NCBI GenBank assembly: GCA_913057785.1
Contig: CAJXPD010000008.1
Span: 4,904 to 68,903 of the forward strand
DNA: 64,000 nt
Source of the DNA: an uncultured Lewinella sp.
Lineage (GTDB): Bacteria; Bacteroidota; Bacteroidia; Chitinophagales; Saprospiraceae
Direction: 5' to 3'
The notes beneath the pieces are model-generated. The model was not told the origin of the DNA. It saw only the letters and a program-made list of their open reading frames with translations, and searched no databases. The stretch's first letter is position 1. Each line of letters starts with the position of its first letter. The translations under genes and the position numbers were made by a program. Positions 48,915-60,300 of this stretch are shown piece by piece.

Positions 48915-51900
48915 ATGAAGAGACTTTTATTAACCATGGCTCTCGGGCTAGGGTTGGGGCTTGTAGTAGGGTTTGCACAGCCTTATGCTGTCACTACTAA
49001 CATTCAGACTACTTCCTATAGTAAGTATCTGGACGATTATGCCCAACCCAACAGGGTGTTTGTGACCCTGTTGTCGACGGATTCAAGACCATCTTATCAA
49101 GCTTTTCTCCAAGTAGAAATAGCTGGCGATGGCTATAACTTGAAATCCAGACCCAACTTTATCCCTCCCCCCATTACCTTGTACAAGGACCAACCTATTA
49201 CACTTAGTGGCCTCTCCTTGGCGCCCTATTTAGATCCAAGCAATTTGGATTTTAATGGGATGTCCTTGGAGTCCTTTCTGTCTAGCGGAGGAAGGCTGCC
49301 GGATGGACCTATTACCATCTGTATCGAAGCCTATGACTTCAACCGAATAGGTTATCCACCGATTTCAAATAGGGCCTGTTCCTACGGGACCATTATGACC
49401 AATGCCCCACCGATAGTCACTGCTCCCATTGGCTATACACAAGCGGCCAATCCACAGAACTTTATGTTGAGTTGGCAGCCACAACATCTTGGTGCATTTC
49501 CGGTAGAGTACACAGTAGAGGTTTATCGAGATAATACAGGTTTTAGCCCTGATGTCACGGTTAACTCTACTGCTCCTGTTTTTACGACCAGGACGAATTT
49601 AACCACCTACAATTATTCTGCAATTGACCCGCTATTGATTAAGGGAGAGGATTATCTGATTCGGGTAAAAGCAGCTGATCTGTTGGGCGTTAATTACTTC
49701 GACAACGAGGGCTGGAGTGTCATTGAGTCTTTCCATTTTGGTGGAGAATGCCCTTCACCTGTAGCGGTCAGTTTTGGTGAAATCAGTGATACTTACCTCG
49801 AAGTTTTATGGCAGCTTGAAGAATCAGAAGGGGTGAATTACATTGAAGTGAGCATTGAAGATGAAAATGAAGAAATCATTAATCAAGCTCAACTATCAAG
49901 AGAAGATAGCCGATTTACATTTGAAGGACTAGAACCCGGAAGAGCTTACACGGTAACCGTTTGCACTGTTTGCGAAGGCGCAGGACAGACCTGTGTAGAT
50001 GTAGGTCCTATTTCAACGAAGGGAGAAGGAGAGTGCGAACCTCAGGTAATAGAATCCTTCAAGTTACAAGAATCCTTTCCTTTTTATGCCATCTTAGATT
50101 GGCCCCCAGTTTCTGGTGCGATGCAGTACGAAGTGCGTTACCGAGAAAGGGAAGGCGGAAGCTGGACTACATTTGCTGTAGCTGGCAACGAATCGCAAGT
50201 AAAAGTGGCGAATTTGATCCCTGGAACAACCTACGAGGCACAAATTCGAGTATTATGTTTTGAAGGAGAGCCCGGTCCTTGGTCTGAAACAGTTGTTTGG
50301 AATTCAGACTGTGCGGCACCAGATATTGTTTGGGTGGAAAGCTTCGATCATGAATCCGCGCTATTTGCTTGGTTTAGTTCGCCTTATGCCAAGAATTACC
50401 GTTTGCAGTATCGTCGCAAAGGAACCAATAGCTGGAGTAATGTCTATACTACGGAAAGTAGCAAGACGATTACCGGACTACAGGCCAGTACCACCTATGA
50501 ATATAGACTCAAGCTGAAATGTCTCGATAATAGCTGGTCTAGCTACTCGCCGATCTTTGAGTTTACTACCCTACAAGATTGTGATCCGATCAATGCTGAG
50601 GCTATACGATTCACCAATATTACGGCCTCTTCAGCAACGGTAACCGTACCGCATTCTGACCTCGTAGAATATTATTTGGTGAAGTATAAACCAGTAGGTG
50701 CTTCAAGCTATGAAGTCATACAATCAACGACCAGTGTGATTGAGCTCGAATTTCTAGAGCCCAATACTACCTATGAAGTGATCATTGCGAATGATTGTTA
50801 CGATAATTGGTCAGACTGGACTAGCCCACTCAATTTTACGACGCTTTGTGGCGCTTCAGACTTGGCTTGGGCAGAACAAATCACTGCCTTCACCGCAACT
50901 CTGTTGACCAACTCTATCAATGGTGCGGACCAATATCAATTTGAGTATAGACAGAAAGGAAGTAACGAATGGATTACCATGTCAGCCAGCACAGATTTGC
51001 ACGTTGACTTATCAGGCTTAGCAGATCTCACTACCTATGAAATTCGAGTACGATCTAAGTGTGGGGGTAGTTGGTCGGATCCTTCCGTTATTGCTGAATT
51101 CACAACGGGAGAAGATTGTTCAGCACCTTCTTCAATAACCGTATCCAATGAGGATCCTTCGGGCTTTGATTTAAGTTGGACCAACAACCCAAGAGTGGAC
51201 CGCTGGCAAGTGCACCTGAAAGCCCAAGACGGTTCTACTATATCCGGCTTAAAGATCCCCGGATTAGGCAATGAAATTCCTGGCGTAGATGGTGAAGGGT
51301 GGACCTTCTTTCACGTGCGGGAATCCGCTATCAACATCGATGGCTTAGCGGATAACACCACTTACGATATTCGGATCAGAGCTTTTTGCAGTGATGTGAT
51401 TCCATCGGATTTCAGTTCGACCTTTACCGGCACAACGCTGAGTAATTGCCAACCTCCAAACAACATCTGGTTCGACAATTTCAATGGCGAAAACATCACC
51501 ATCAATTGGACGCCAGAAACCTACAACAACCTTTGGGAAGTGGCCTACCGCCCAAAACCCAATGAAGGTGGCGACGGCCCCTGGACCAACCGAACCATCG
51601 AAGGTACCCCCAGCTTAACCCTAACCGGCCTACAACAAGGGCAGGACTATGAGTTCAAGATCAAGTCGAGCTGTAGCAACTTTGGCTGGACGGACTTCGG
51701 CCCAATTGGCAATTGGAATCATGGCCCCTGCGGCGCGCCTACCAATGTGACAGAGGATATCACCTCTTCTACTACCGTAAAATTGACTTGGACAGGCTCG
51801 GGTTTTGCTACCTATACGGTGCTCTATCGCCCTATGGGCGTCCCCGGCGCGCAGTACACCTCTGTCAACACCAACGCTACTAATATTGAACTCACCGGAT

Positions 51901-53084
51901 TACAGACTGGCACCATCTATGAGTACACGATTGCTGCCAATTGCTTCGGTGCTAACACTTCGTTTACATACGATGATGACTTCGAAATTGAGCGGGAATC
52001 TTTGGATAATGAGTTTTATGAGTGTGGGGTGGATACCGGGATTGTAGACCTAAGCAATCTTATGCCATTGTCGGATCTAATATCGGGAGATGAGGTAACT
52101 ATTGGAGATTTCAAGGTGATAATGAATGAGGTTCATGGATGGGGAGGTAATTTCAATGGTACGGGGTATATTCCTATCCCATATCTCAATATGGCACGGA
52201 TAAATGTGAAGTTTTCAGATATCATCGTCAACGATGAGTACATCGTAGTGGATGGAGAAATGGTGGTTACTGGCATTGGTGTGGCTCTTCTCGACGACAA
52301 AGCGGCTGCAATACTTGATGATATTCTAAATGTATTGAATACCGTGGATGATGTCTTGGAATTTGCAGAGGATATCATAACCTCAATTGAGGAAGCAACA
52401 GCCATGTTTGCCGAATATCTACCAGCGAATATCATTACGGATTTAGAAAATGCAAAACAAGCATTGGAGGCTGCAGTAACATCTGGAAACCCTTCAGATA
52501 TAACTGCGGCACAGGCTCAGTTGCAGACGGCTAGTGATAACTATAAGGCTGCACTTTCGCAGCTTATTCAGGATGCTTCAACGATCTTACAATTGGCTCT
52601 ACAGAAGTTGGAAACTGATTATCAGAATAATGTTACTACTCTGACCAATAATCTTAATACAAGTGAACAGGCTCTCCAGAACATCTTAGATGCACAGCAA
52701 ACTCAATTGTTTGGAACAACTTCGGTCCCCAGTATCCCTAATGAGGATATTAAGACGGACTTTATTGATATGGAGGAAGTTAAATGGAGTGACATGGATC
52801 CTACCGTTTTAAACCAAGCCTTCTATCAGAAATCTGAAGATTTTTTGGTCGATGGCAACCAATATCGACTTTGGCAAAAATTAGAAGAACTCAATACAGA
52901 ACTCCAGACTGATGATGATCTAACTAGTCTTATTGAACTGGTAAAGCTTGAGGATGTGGATATCATGAAACTTGTTGCTGATGGGGTGGCAAATGGAGAT
53001 ACCCATAATGTCATTTCCGATGCAGTTAAGCAAGAACTGATTGATAAAGTAAATATCATCTTGCTGAAAGCTTACGGTTATTAA
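48915..53084 (+). CDS. giant secreted protein: N-terminal domain, eight tandem Cys-bracketed Fn3-like modules, helical C-terminal region
   Basis: 1389 aa with signal peptide MKRLLLTMALGLGLGLVVGFAQP. About 90-aa repeats span aa 279-1036, each starting with C and carrying a W..Y..Y/EYR Fn3-like pattern. The C-terminal ~300 aa is coiled-coil-like (LENAKQALEAAV..). Confidence 0.8.
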   Translation: MKRLLLTMALGLGLGLVVGFAQPYAVTTNIQTTSYSKYLDDYAQPNRVFVTLLSTDSRPSYQAFLQVEIAGDGYNLKSRPNFIPPPITLYKDQPITLSGLSLAPYLDPSNLDFNGMSLESFLSSGGRLPDGPITICIEAYDFNRIGYPPISNRACSYGTIMTNAPPIVTAPIGYTQAANPQNFMLSWQPQHLGAFPVEYTVEVYRDNTGFSPDVTVNSTAPVFTTRTNLTTYNYSAIDPLLIKGEDYLIRVKAADLLGVNYFDNEGWSVIESFHFGGECPSPVAVSFGEISDTYLEVLWQLEESEGVNYIEVSIEDENEEIINQAQLSREDSRFTFEGLEPGRAYTVTVCTVCEGAGQTCVDVGPISTKGEGECEPQVIESFKLQESFPFYAILDWPPVSGAMQYEVRYREREGGSWTTFAVAGNESQVKVANLIPGTTYEAQIRVLCFEGEPGPWSETVVWNSDCAAPDIVWVESFDHESALFAWFSSPYAKNYRLQYRRKGTNSWSNVYTTESSKTITGLQASTTYEYRLKLKCLDNSWSSYSPIFEFTTLQDCDPINAEAIRFTNITASSATVTVPHSDLVEYYLVKYKPVGASSYEVIQSTTSVIELEFLEPNTTYEVIIANDCYDNWSDWTSPLNFTTLCGASDLAWAEQITAFTATLLTNSINGADQYQFEYRQKGSNEWITMSASTDLHVDLSGLADLTTYEIRVRSKCGGSWSDPSVIAEFTTGEDCSAPSSITVSNEDPSGFDLSWTNNPRVDRWQVHLKAQDGSTISGLKIPGLGNEIPGVDGEGWTFFHVRESAINIDGLADNTTYDIRIRAFCSDVIPSDFSSTFTGTTLSNCQPPNNIWFDNFNGENITINWTPETYNNLWEVAYRPKPNEGGDGPWTNRTIEGTPSLTLTGLQQGQDYEFKIKSSCSNFGWTDFGPIGNWNHGPCGAPTNVTEDITSSTTVKLTWTGSGFATYTVLYRPMGVPGAQYTSVNTNATNIELTGLQTGTIYEYTIAANCFGANTSFTYDDDFEIERESLDNEFYECGVDTGIVDLSNLMPLSDLISGDEVTIGDFKVIMNEVHGWGGNFNGTGYIPIPYLNMARINVKFSDIIVNDEYIVVDGEMVVTGIGVALLDDKAAAILDDILNVLNTVDDVLEFAEDIITSIEEATAMFAEYLPANIITDLENAKQALEAAVTSGNPSDITAAQAQLQTASDNYKAALSQLIQDASTILQLALQKLETDYQNNVTTLTNNLNTSEQALQNILDAQQTQLFGTTSVPSIPNEDIKTDFIDMEEVKWSDMDPTVLNQAFYQKSEDFLVDGNQYRLWQKLEELNTELQTDDDLTSLIELVKLEDVDIMKLVADGVANGDTHNVISDAVKQELIDKVNIILLKAYGY

Positions 53085-53102
53085 TCTTTCAAAAAACAAA
53101 CC

Positions 53103-56100
53103 ATGTATAAAATAAAAATAGGCTTACTGCTGCTAGTAGGCTTTCTCTCCCATGTCCTGAAAGCAGAGTCCAAGGAGCTAGATCTACTCGATATATTTCA
53201 AAATCAAGAAGAATTGATTGAGGAAGGGCAGAAGCAGTTCTTAGAACTACTGAAGTTTAATGCTGAGAATGAGCGTAGAGGTTGTCCTGAGGATAATATC
53301 TATGTTTTTAGTCTCGTCAGTTCAGACGACTGGTCGCAGTACGTTAAAGTGCCCAATACACCTGCCGAAGAGTATCTCGGTGATACAAAAGATGAGCTAA
53401 ACCAACGTCTTAAGGCCTTTAATACTAACCCCGATTTCAGCGATTTTGGAATGTATTTATGCTTGGTCACTGAATTATCCGCAAAAGTGTCATACGACTT
53501 TCCCCCAGGAAGCTTGGCTAATATCAAGGCTATGTATGAACGAAATGAGAAGGAGATACCTGGTTTTAGTAGCGCTGAATCTGCAGCGAGTATAGAAAAG
53601 CTAGAAGAACAGTGGGATAATATTATCAAGCAAGTTTTTGATGGTACTGAACAGCAACTGCAGAATGATTCAAATTTTGTCAGCTTCCAGCCGAAGCCTA
53701 ATCGAATGTACGTCACACAAACTTTGGTCAAGGCACAGCTTCAGGACCCCGAGGAGCAGGGTAGAGAAGTTAAGAAAGTAATTAATTCTGCTCGAATCCG
53801 CGGGTATTTTAAGCAACATTGGGACGAAATCTACAAGTATGAAAAGCGAATGCTCAAGACTAGAAGTGGAGAGCATTATAAGCTGGAGAATAGAATTTTA
53901 TCAGCCATTGAGTATGTAGAAGGAGGCATGGACTCTAATCCGGCTCCCAGTATGAACTTTAAGTTAGAGGGACAGACAAAAATTAAAGACGCTGCAAATC
54001 AAGCTGGTAACAATACTTACACTTCTTCAGATTTAGCGAATCAGAATCTATTCTTATTTGATTTTACTGGCATTTATGGTACTAATTCTCAAGTGGCGGT
54101 CGATGCTATAAATACCGTTTTGTCTGGCCAATTAGCCAAGAGTTCGACCAAACTAAAGGTTTTCATAACGGATTCAGCTGTTTCTCAGACTACTATCGAT
54201 ATGATCAAGAATATTAATATTCTTGATCCCGCCTATGAAAACTCTTTGATTCTCTGGTTGAATATCGACAACGATGCGGTAATAGAAACCTCTATTCGCG
54301 TCTCTCCTGACCTACAAAATGAAATTAATGCCCATTTAGATTGGGAACGATTCAATCAATTGTTGCAGGATGGCTCCTATGTCGATATGGCCTTGTTTAC
54401 AGCTAAACAAATCTTGGATATTAAGATTAAGGTCATCTATGGTATTTCAGAATTTGTACGCACAGTATTACAGGCAGGAATCATTCCTCCTAAGTACTAT
54501 GACATGACTGATATGAATCAGTATAATCCAATTCTGAAGGATATCATGACTTATGTGAATCCAGCGATGGCCTTTAGTGCAGTGGTAATGCAACCATTAT
54601 TGGATGAGTTTGGAGGTATGTACCCCGTCTTGCTAGGAGCTAATATCACGGACATCCAATTTGCCCTTTTTTGCGGTTTTTGGAATGGAATCTTGCTAGA
54701 GTTGGATGGCATTTTTGAAGTCATTTCCATGGTCGGGTACTTTGTGGATGAGAGAAAGAAGGCAGAAGTCGATCAAGTTATAGATGTATTTCAGAAGACC
54801 GACTTTCTGGACCTTGTTGAAAAGATGCTTAATGGTGCAATCACTGCACATACGGGACACCCTACTTTCGTGGCACATCAGATTGGGAAGGATATTATTA
54901 TGATCCTTACAATCGCAATTCCCGTTTCCAAGGTGGGGACCGTCGGAAAGCTAGCAAAGGTCACAAAGGTGATCAACGCTGTAGACAAACTGAATCCTCT
55001 TACACATGTTTTCGATGCCGCTGGCTTTATTTTAAAGAAGGGGACAGGGAAGGTAATTAAGGTCATGAAAGATGGTGTCAATGGAACCAAACTAGCCGAA
55101 TTGACCAAAGGCAGACTCAGGGTCTTTCAACAGCACCTGTACACTGGGGCACAGAGCTTTATCCAATTAACTGAAGCTATACCTGTTCCTCAAGTTGTTC
55201 TAGATACTGGTAATGGATTGATTGAAGCTGCCTCAATCGTTATGGTCAAGGTCAGTGATCCAGGAGGCACTTCTTCCTATTTCAGAAGGCTAGCAGACGA
55301 TGCAGGATTAGCAGCTACTAAGAATTTACTCAAAGGAAATTTTGATTTTGCTAAGCTATTTAAGAATGCTGAGGAGGCGGACTTGATAGCAGGGAAAATT
55401 GCGTCATTACCTTCTTCTAGCAAGCTCTATGATGTGGCCAATTTCTCTGGCCTAAAAGCTGCAATAGATGCTTTACCAGATGACTTGAAGAGAAAATTCT
55501 TCGAGGACTTGGCAGATATTGGAGAGAGTGCTGGAAATGCAGCAGGGAGTATATGGTTCGGAAGGCATCTAGATGATCTAGCTAGTAATCCAGATCTTGT
55601 AATTGCTTGGAAGGCTGCGAAAAAACAGGCCAGTTTAAGAACTAGTATTACCAGCTTAGAAAAAATTGATGTCGTTATCAAAAGTGGGAATATTCCCGTC
55701 AATAAACTTGAAGAAGCGCTAGATTCACATTTAGGAGATATTCTGGAAAATGCGAGCGATCTAAATAGAACTAGTATCCTCAATCGTCTGAACCTCCCAC
55801 ATGTTGACGGTAGTCATTTTCAGGAGATGGTTAATAGACTTCAGAAGTGGGATAAACTTACCGAAGACCTAATAAATCACCCTGAATGGTTCGACACTTT
55901 TGATGATATCCTGAATGAACCAGGAAAGTACTGGGATATCGTGGATGAAGCAGAACTTCCTAATAGTGCTGAATTATTAGCCTGGGGGCAAGGGCATTGG
56001 TGGAAGAACTTGCGGAAATTAGCCCAAGATTTTGAATCTGGAGCAGCTCTAACTAAATTTACCGGGAGTAGCCCCGATTTGAATCTCAATCTTACAGGTT

Positions 56101-56465
56101 TCGTTGAGCAAGTGACTCTAGAGGTTAATGGGATAAAGATTCGAGTCGATTTTATTGGTAAAGATGCCGCTGGTAAATTCCATTTGGGAGATGCAAAATT
56201 CTCTACCAAGAGCAAAGATTGGGTTGCAGATTGGCTAGATGCTTCAACAGATAATCAAAAACTGGTATACCCTTTGTTCGAACCTCCTGGAGGAGTGAAC
56301 AGCATTGTAGTAAAGGCTTCAGATCCCGATAAGTTAACTCAATTGCAGCAAATTCTAGGCCTAAGTAACAATAGTCCAATAGCATTTTCAAATACCAGTT
56401 TCCGAATTCTAGGTAGTGAAGCCAATCAACAGGCTGTAAAAACCGTAGTTACCTTAAAGAACTAG
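53103..56465 (+). CDS. large secreted protein with a C-terminal PD-(D/E)xK nuclease-like module (polymorphic-toxin-like)
   Basis: 1120 aa with signal peptide MYKIKIGLLLLVGFLSHVLKA and hydrophobic helices mid-protein. The C-terminal ..FVEQVTLEVNGIKIRVDFIGKDAAGKFHLGDAKFSTK.. gives E..D1016..D1030-A-K1032. Confidence 0.75.
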   Translation: MYKIKIGLLLLVGFLSHVLKAESKELDLLDIFQNQEELIEEGQKQFLELLKFNAENERRGCPEDNIYVFSLVSSDDWSQYVKVPNTPAEEYLGDTKDELNQRLKAFNTNPDFSDFGMYLCLVTELSAKVSYDFPPGSLANIKAMYERNEKEIPGFSSAESAASIEKLEEQWDNIIKQVFDGTEQQLQNDSNFVSFQPKPNRMYVTQTLVKAQLQDPEEQGREVKKVINSARIRGYFKQHWDEIYKYEKRMLKTRSGEHYKLENRILSAIEYVEGGMDSNPAPSMNFKLEGQTKIKDAANQAGNNTYTSSDLANQNLFLFDFTGIYGTNSQVAVDAINTVLSGQLAKSSTKLKVFITDSAVSQTTIDMIKNINILDPAYENSLILWLNIDNDAVIETSIRVSPDLQNEINAHLDWERFNQLLQDGSYVDMALFTAKQILDIKIKVIYGISEFVRTVLQAGIIPPKYYDMTDMNQYNPILKDIMTYVNPAMAFSAVVMQPLLDEFGGMYPVLLGANITDIQFALFCGFWNGILLELDGIFEVISMVGYFVDERKKAEVDQVIDVFQKTDFLDLVEKMLNGAITAHTGHPTFVAHQIGKDIIMILTIAIPVSKVGTVGKLAKVTKVINAVDKLNPLTHVFDAAGFILKKGTGKVIKVMKDGVNGTKLAELTKGRLRVFQQHLYTGAQSFIQLTEAIPVPQVVLDTGNGLIEAASIVMVKVSDPGGTSSYFRRLADDAGLAATKNLLKGNFDFAKLFKNAEEADLIAGKIASLPSSSKLYDVANFSGLKAAIDALPDDLKRKFFEDLADIGESAGNAAGSIWFGRHLDDLASNPDLVIAWKAAKKQASLRTSITSLEKIDVVIKSGNIPVNKLEEALDSHLGDILENASDLNRTSILNRLNLPHVDGSHFQEMVNRLQKWDKLTEDLINHPEWFDTFDDILNEPGKYWDIVDEAELPNSAELLAWGQGHWWKNLRKLAQDFESGAALTKFTGSSPDLNLNLTGFVEQVTLEVNGIKIRVDFIGKDAAGKFHLGDAKFSTKSKDWVADWLDASTDNQKLVYPLFEPPGGVNSIVVKASDPDKLTQLQQILGLSNNSPIAFSNTSFRILGSEANQQAVKTVVTLKN

Positions 56466-56479
56466 AAATAGATTTTGGT

Positions 56480-57181
56480 ATGAATAAGAATGAAGTCAAG
56501 AAATTACGAGAAAAAGTACTATTGAGTTTGGAATCCAGGTTTCATGAATACGGATTTACTCTAAAAGTAAAACCAGCAACTTTCGAGAATTCGGAAGCAT
56601 TCATTCACTGGGGACCAACTCGAACTTTTCCAGATGCTTTGATTTTTCGACCTTGGATTAGAATAGAAAACAAGGAAATAAAAAAGATCCTTAAAACTCT
56701 ATTCCCTTCTGAATTCGCTTTCAATACTATCGTTAGAACCCAGGGAAGCTCCTTCGCTCATGAGATGAACGTTTGGGATATGGATAATTCCCCATTCAAT
56801 TTTCAGGATGAAAATGGTAGTTCCTATTATTATCGCATAGAACATGATACGGATCTAGATGTAATCTGCGAAGATCATTTTCGCTTTATGAGTTTAGTTG
56901 GTTTTCCCTTCATAGATAAGCTCAACAGCTTAGATGGAGTAAATGCCTATATCAATAATCGAGTTTTGGCAAAGGAAATCGGTTCTTTTCAACGAGAAGA
57001 AGATCTACTCCAAGTTAGAAAGTTCTTCGATAAGCGAGAGGTATTAAGTGGGGCTATTGCAGCTCATTTGTTGGAGAAGGATAATCTAGAGGAATTACTT
57101 AGACGATATCGTATTCTGTTTGAAGGCAATTCCTATATCTTGACGGATCTGGATAAAGTTATCCAGCACTTTTCTAATTAG
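56480..57181 (+). CDS. cytoplasmic 233-aa protein, candidate immunity protein
   Basis: Starts 14 nt after the upstream stop, with no signal peptide. The N-terminus (..KKLREKVLLSLESRFHEYGFTLKVKPATFEN..) resembles small immunity-protein architectures. Confidence 0.45.
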   Translation: MNKNEVKKLREKVLLSLESRFHEYGFTLKVKPATFENSEAFIHWGPTRTFPDALIFRPWIRIENKEIKKILKTLFPSEFAFNTIVRTQGSSFAHEMNVWDMDNSPFNFQDENGSSYYYRIEHDTDLDVICEDHFRFMSLVGFPFIDKLNSLDGVNAYINNRVLAKEIGSFQREEDLLQVRKFFDKREVLSGAIAAHLLEKDNLEELLRRYRILFEGNSYILTDLDKVIQHFSN

Positions 57182-57318
57182 TGATTGAGTAGAAAATTTT
57201 TGACTTCATTTGACTCTTTAGTTCTCTTTTCCCCTTTTGGTAAGAGAAAATAAACCGAAAGCCAGCGATACGCAAAAGCTTGGTTTTCAATATCACTGGA
57301 TGATCTAAAGTTTAAACC

Positions 57319-60300
57319 ATGTTCAAAAAATATATACTATTTCTCCTCTTGGGGAGCTGGGCGAGCTTTGCCTATGCCAGCCCTCCAACCAGTGAGGATC
57401 GCGATGGCAAGCGAAAAGAAATGCCCACATTACCTCGCCTAGCTATGGATGAGGTGGAGTCTTTAACGACTAAAAAATTGGAGGTGGCAGCAACGCCACC
57501 TCCGGCTTCCGCCGCTGCTCCGCAGTCTGGCTATCATTTTGAGTCCATTGATGCACAGTTGCAGCATATCATCGAGACTAAGACTTTGATGTTGCCCTTT
57601 GATGAAGCACCACAGGCTGCTGTTTTAAACGATGATATGGCGGATATCTTTGTCAATATTGGCACCGGAGATTACAGTGCTAAGGTGAAAAGGGCTAGAG
57701 AAGCGATCAACAAAGCCATTGATATTGGAAACTTTATCAGTCAGTTGACGGGGGAAGACCTGGTGGATTTGCCATTGGTGTTGCAGCAGACTATAAGTAA
57801 TGTTACCTATAGCTTAACCATCAATAAAATGACTTTGAAGCCGACCCATACGGAGTTAGAGATTTTTCTTGGAATCGATATTCCTAATCAGAACTTCTCA
57901 CTCTACTTTGGCTCCCCTAACATTAAGTTTTCGTATGATGGTGGATTTGAATTACCAGCAACTTTAGCCTTGTATTCAGCAGTAGCCATTCCGATCAAGG
58001 ATAAAAAATCGGCTTTGGTCTTACAGCCCTATCATGAGGATCCAACTACAGGTTTACCCTTGGGTACTTATGTGACTATAGACTGTGATGGGTTTAAGGA
58101 GATGGCTGTGGAGGCAGATCTAATCTTCTCCCGCGATTGGATCGTACCGGTTGATAACAATGGCGATGTATTACCTACGGGTCGAGTAACGGGGAGCTTC
58201 CAAACCATCCTAACCGATTGGAATGACCTACTAATAGACAATCTTACGCTACCCAATTTTGCCTTGAAGTCCTTTGATGATATTGCATTCAACATCACAA
58301 ATGCTGTATTTGACTTTAGTGATTTCCGCAATGGGCAAAATGTGAATTTTCCTCCTTTGTATGCCCAGCAGAATCTTTTGCCAGGTAATGCTAGCTTATG
58401 GAGAGGTGTTTACTTTGAGAATGTCGAGATTGTATTGCCCAAGCAGTTTACCTTGAAGAATTGCAATGCCAGCAATAATTGCCGGGTTAAATTGGGCGCT
58501 AATGATTTATTGATTGATCCGAATGGAGTGAGCGCAGAATTCTATGCCCAGAATATCTTTGGGATCAATGATGGAGAGATGGACAAGTGGCGATGGTCTT
58601 TGGATGAAATCAGTATCAACGTAGTAGCTAGTGACGTGACGGGCTTCGGTTTCGAGGGAGAGATTGGGGTGCCGATTGCCAAGGAGACAACGCCCTTTGG
58701 CTATACGGCCTACTTTGACTTTGGAATGCAGGAGTATAACTTTTCTATCCTGAATCCTTCCAACATGGAGTTCCCGCTATGGCAGGCTGGGCAGGTGACC
58801 ATCGCCGCAGGTTCCAAACTGGAAATCACGGCGACACCTACAAAGTTTGAGCCAGTAGCGATATTGAATGGTAGTGTGGATATCAATGCCAAGTTTGATT
58901 TGGCGGATAATGAAGAGATGGTTGAGTTGGTAGGCTTGCAGTTTCAGAAGTTGAAACTACAGACACAAGCGCCTTACATCGGTTTGGATACCGGTGGGTC
59001 CATGAGCTTGAGCTCTGGCTTGAATGTGGCTAACTTCCCTGTATCTATTGCCAATCCATCCATTCATGGTACGGCCGGGGGAGGTGTCGAATTGCGGCTA
59101 GGTGTAAACATAAATTTGATGTCTCAAACAAATGGTGGGTTTGCAGCAACTACCGATGTGAGTCTGTTTGGAGATATGGACCCCAGTCAAGCCTTACATC
59201 TTTGGAAGTATAGCTCGATGCAAATTAATAGTGCTAGTATATCCATCTCTTTACCTAAGCTGGAGTTGGATGGCCAGATTGATATCTTCCGAAACGATCC
59301 CGATTATGGCAATGGTTTTCATGGCACTTTGAGCGTAGATGTATTAGATGGAAAATTTGAGATGGATGCCGAAACTTACTTCGGTAATGTGAATAATTAT
59401 CGGTATTGGTACTTTGATGTGAAAGTGCAATCCAACGCTTTGAGTATCCCCCTATATCCTCCGGTAGTAATCAATGGATTTGGTGGAGGTGCCTATCACC
59501 ATATGAAGATGTCCAGCTTTACGGCTAATCCAGACCCGGATAAGACGGGCGTGAAGTATGTACCTTCTCAATCAGTAGCGCTGGGATTAAAGGCTTCGGT
59601 ATTGCTCTCCTCGGTAGAAGGTACGCTTGATGGAGAGGCTACGCTGGAAATGGTCTTCGGTTCGGGAATGTCTCTACAGGATATTGTCTTTTATGGCAAG
59701 GCAGAGCTAGCCACGGATAACATTGGTCAGGGACTCTTGGACAATCGGATTTCCAAGTTTTTAATGAATCAACAGCAGACCAGAGCACAAGACGATGCTG
59801 AATCACAAAACCCATTAGGCAAGATTAGCGCTGCGCTCTTTATGCGCATGAATTTCACCGCTGGCTTTGAACTGCAAGGTACCTTCAATACTTACCTAAA
59901 TGCGGGTAATGGAATTATTGTGGGTAGTGGTTCGGCTGATCTCTTGCTATCGACACCGCAAAATAAATGGCACTTATACATCGGCGGATACTCTGACGGG
60001 TCTATTACCGTACAACAATTGAGCAATACGGTTACGCTTTATCCCGTATCAGTCTCCATTCAATACGAGAATGATCCAAACGATCCGAGTGACGATATTC
60101 AAGTTAGTGCAAGTGCCTACTTCTTAACGGGGAATGATATACCGGGGCCTCCACCTTTGGATCCGCAGGCAGCAGCGGTCTTTGGAGTCAATAATAGTAA
60201 TCGAGGTGGGCTCGGAGGTACCCCAGCCCTCGGCACAGGCTTTGCCTTTGGTGCTGCGGCCAATTTCAACTTTACCTATACCAAGACACCAAATAAGCGA

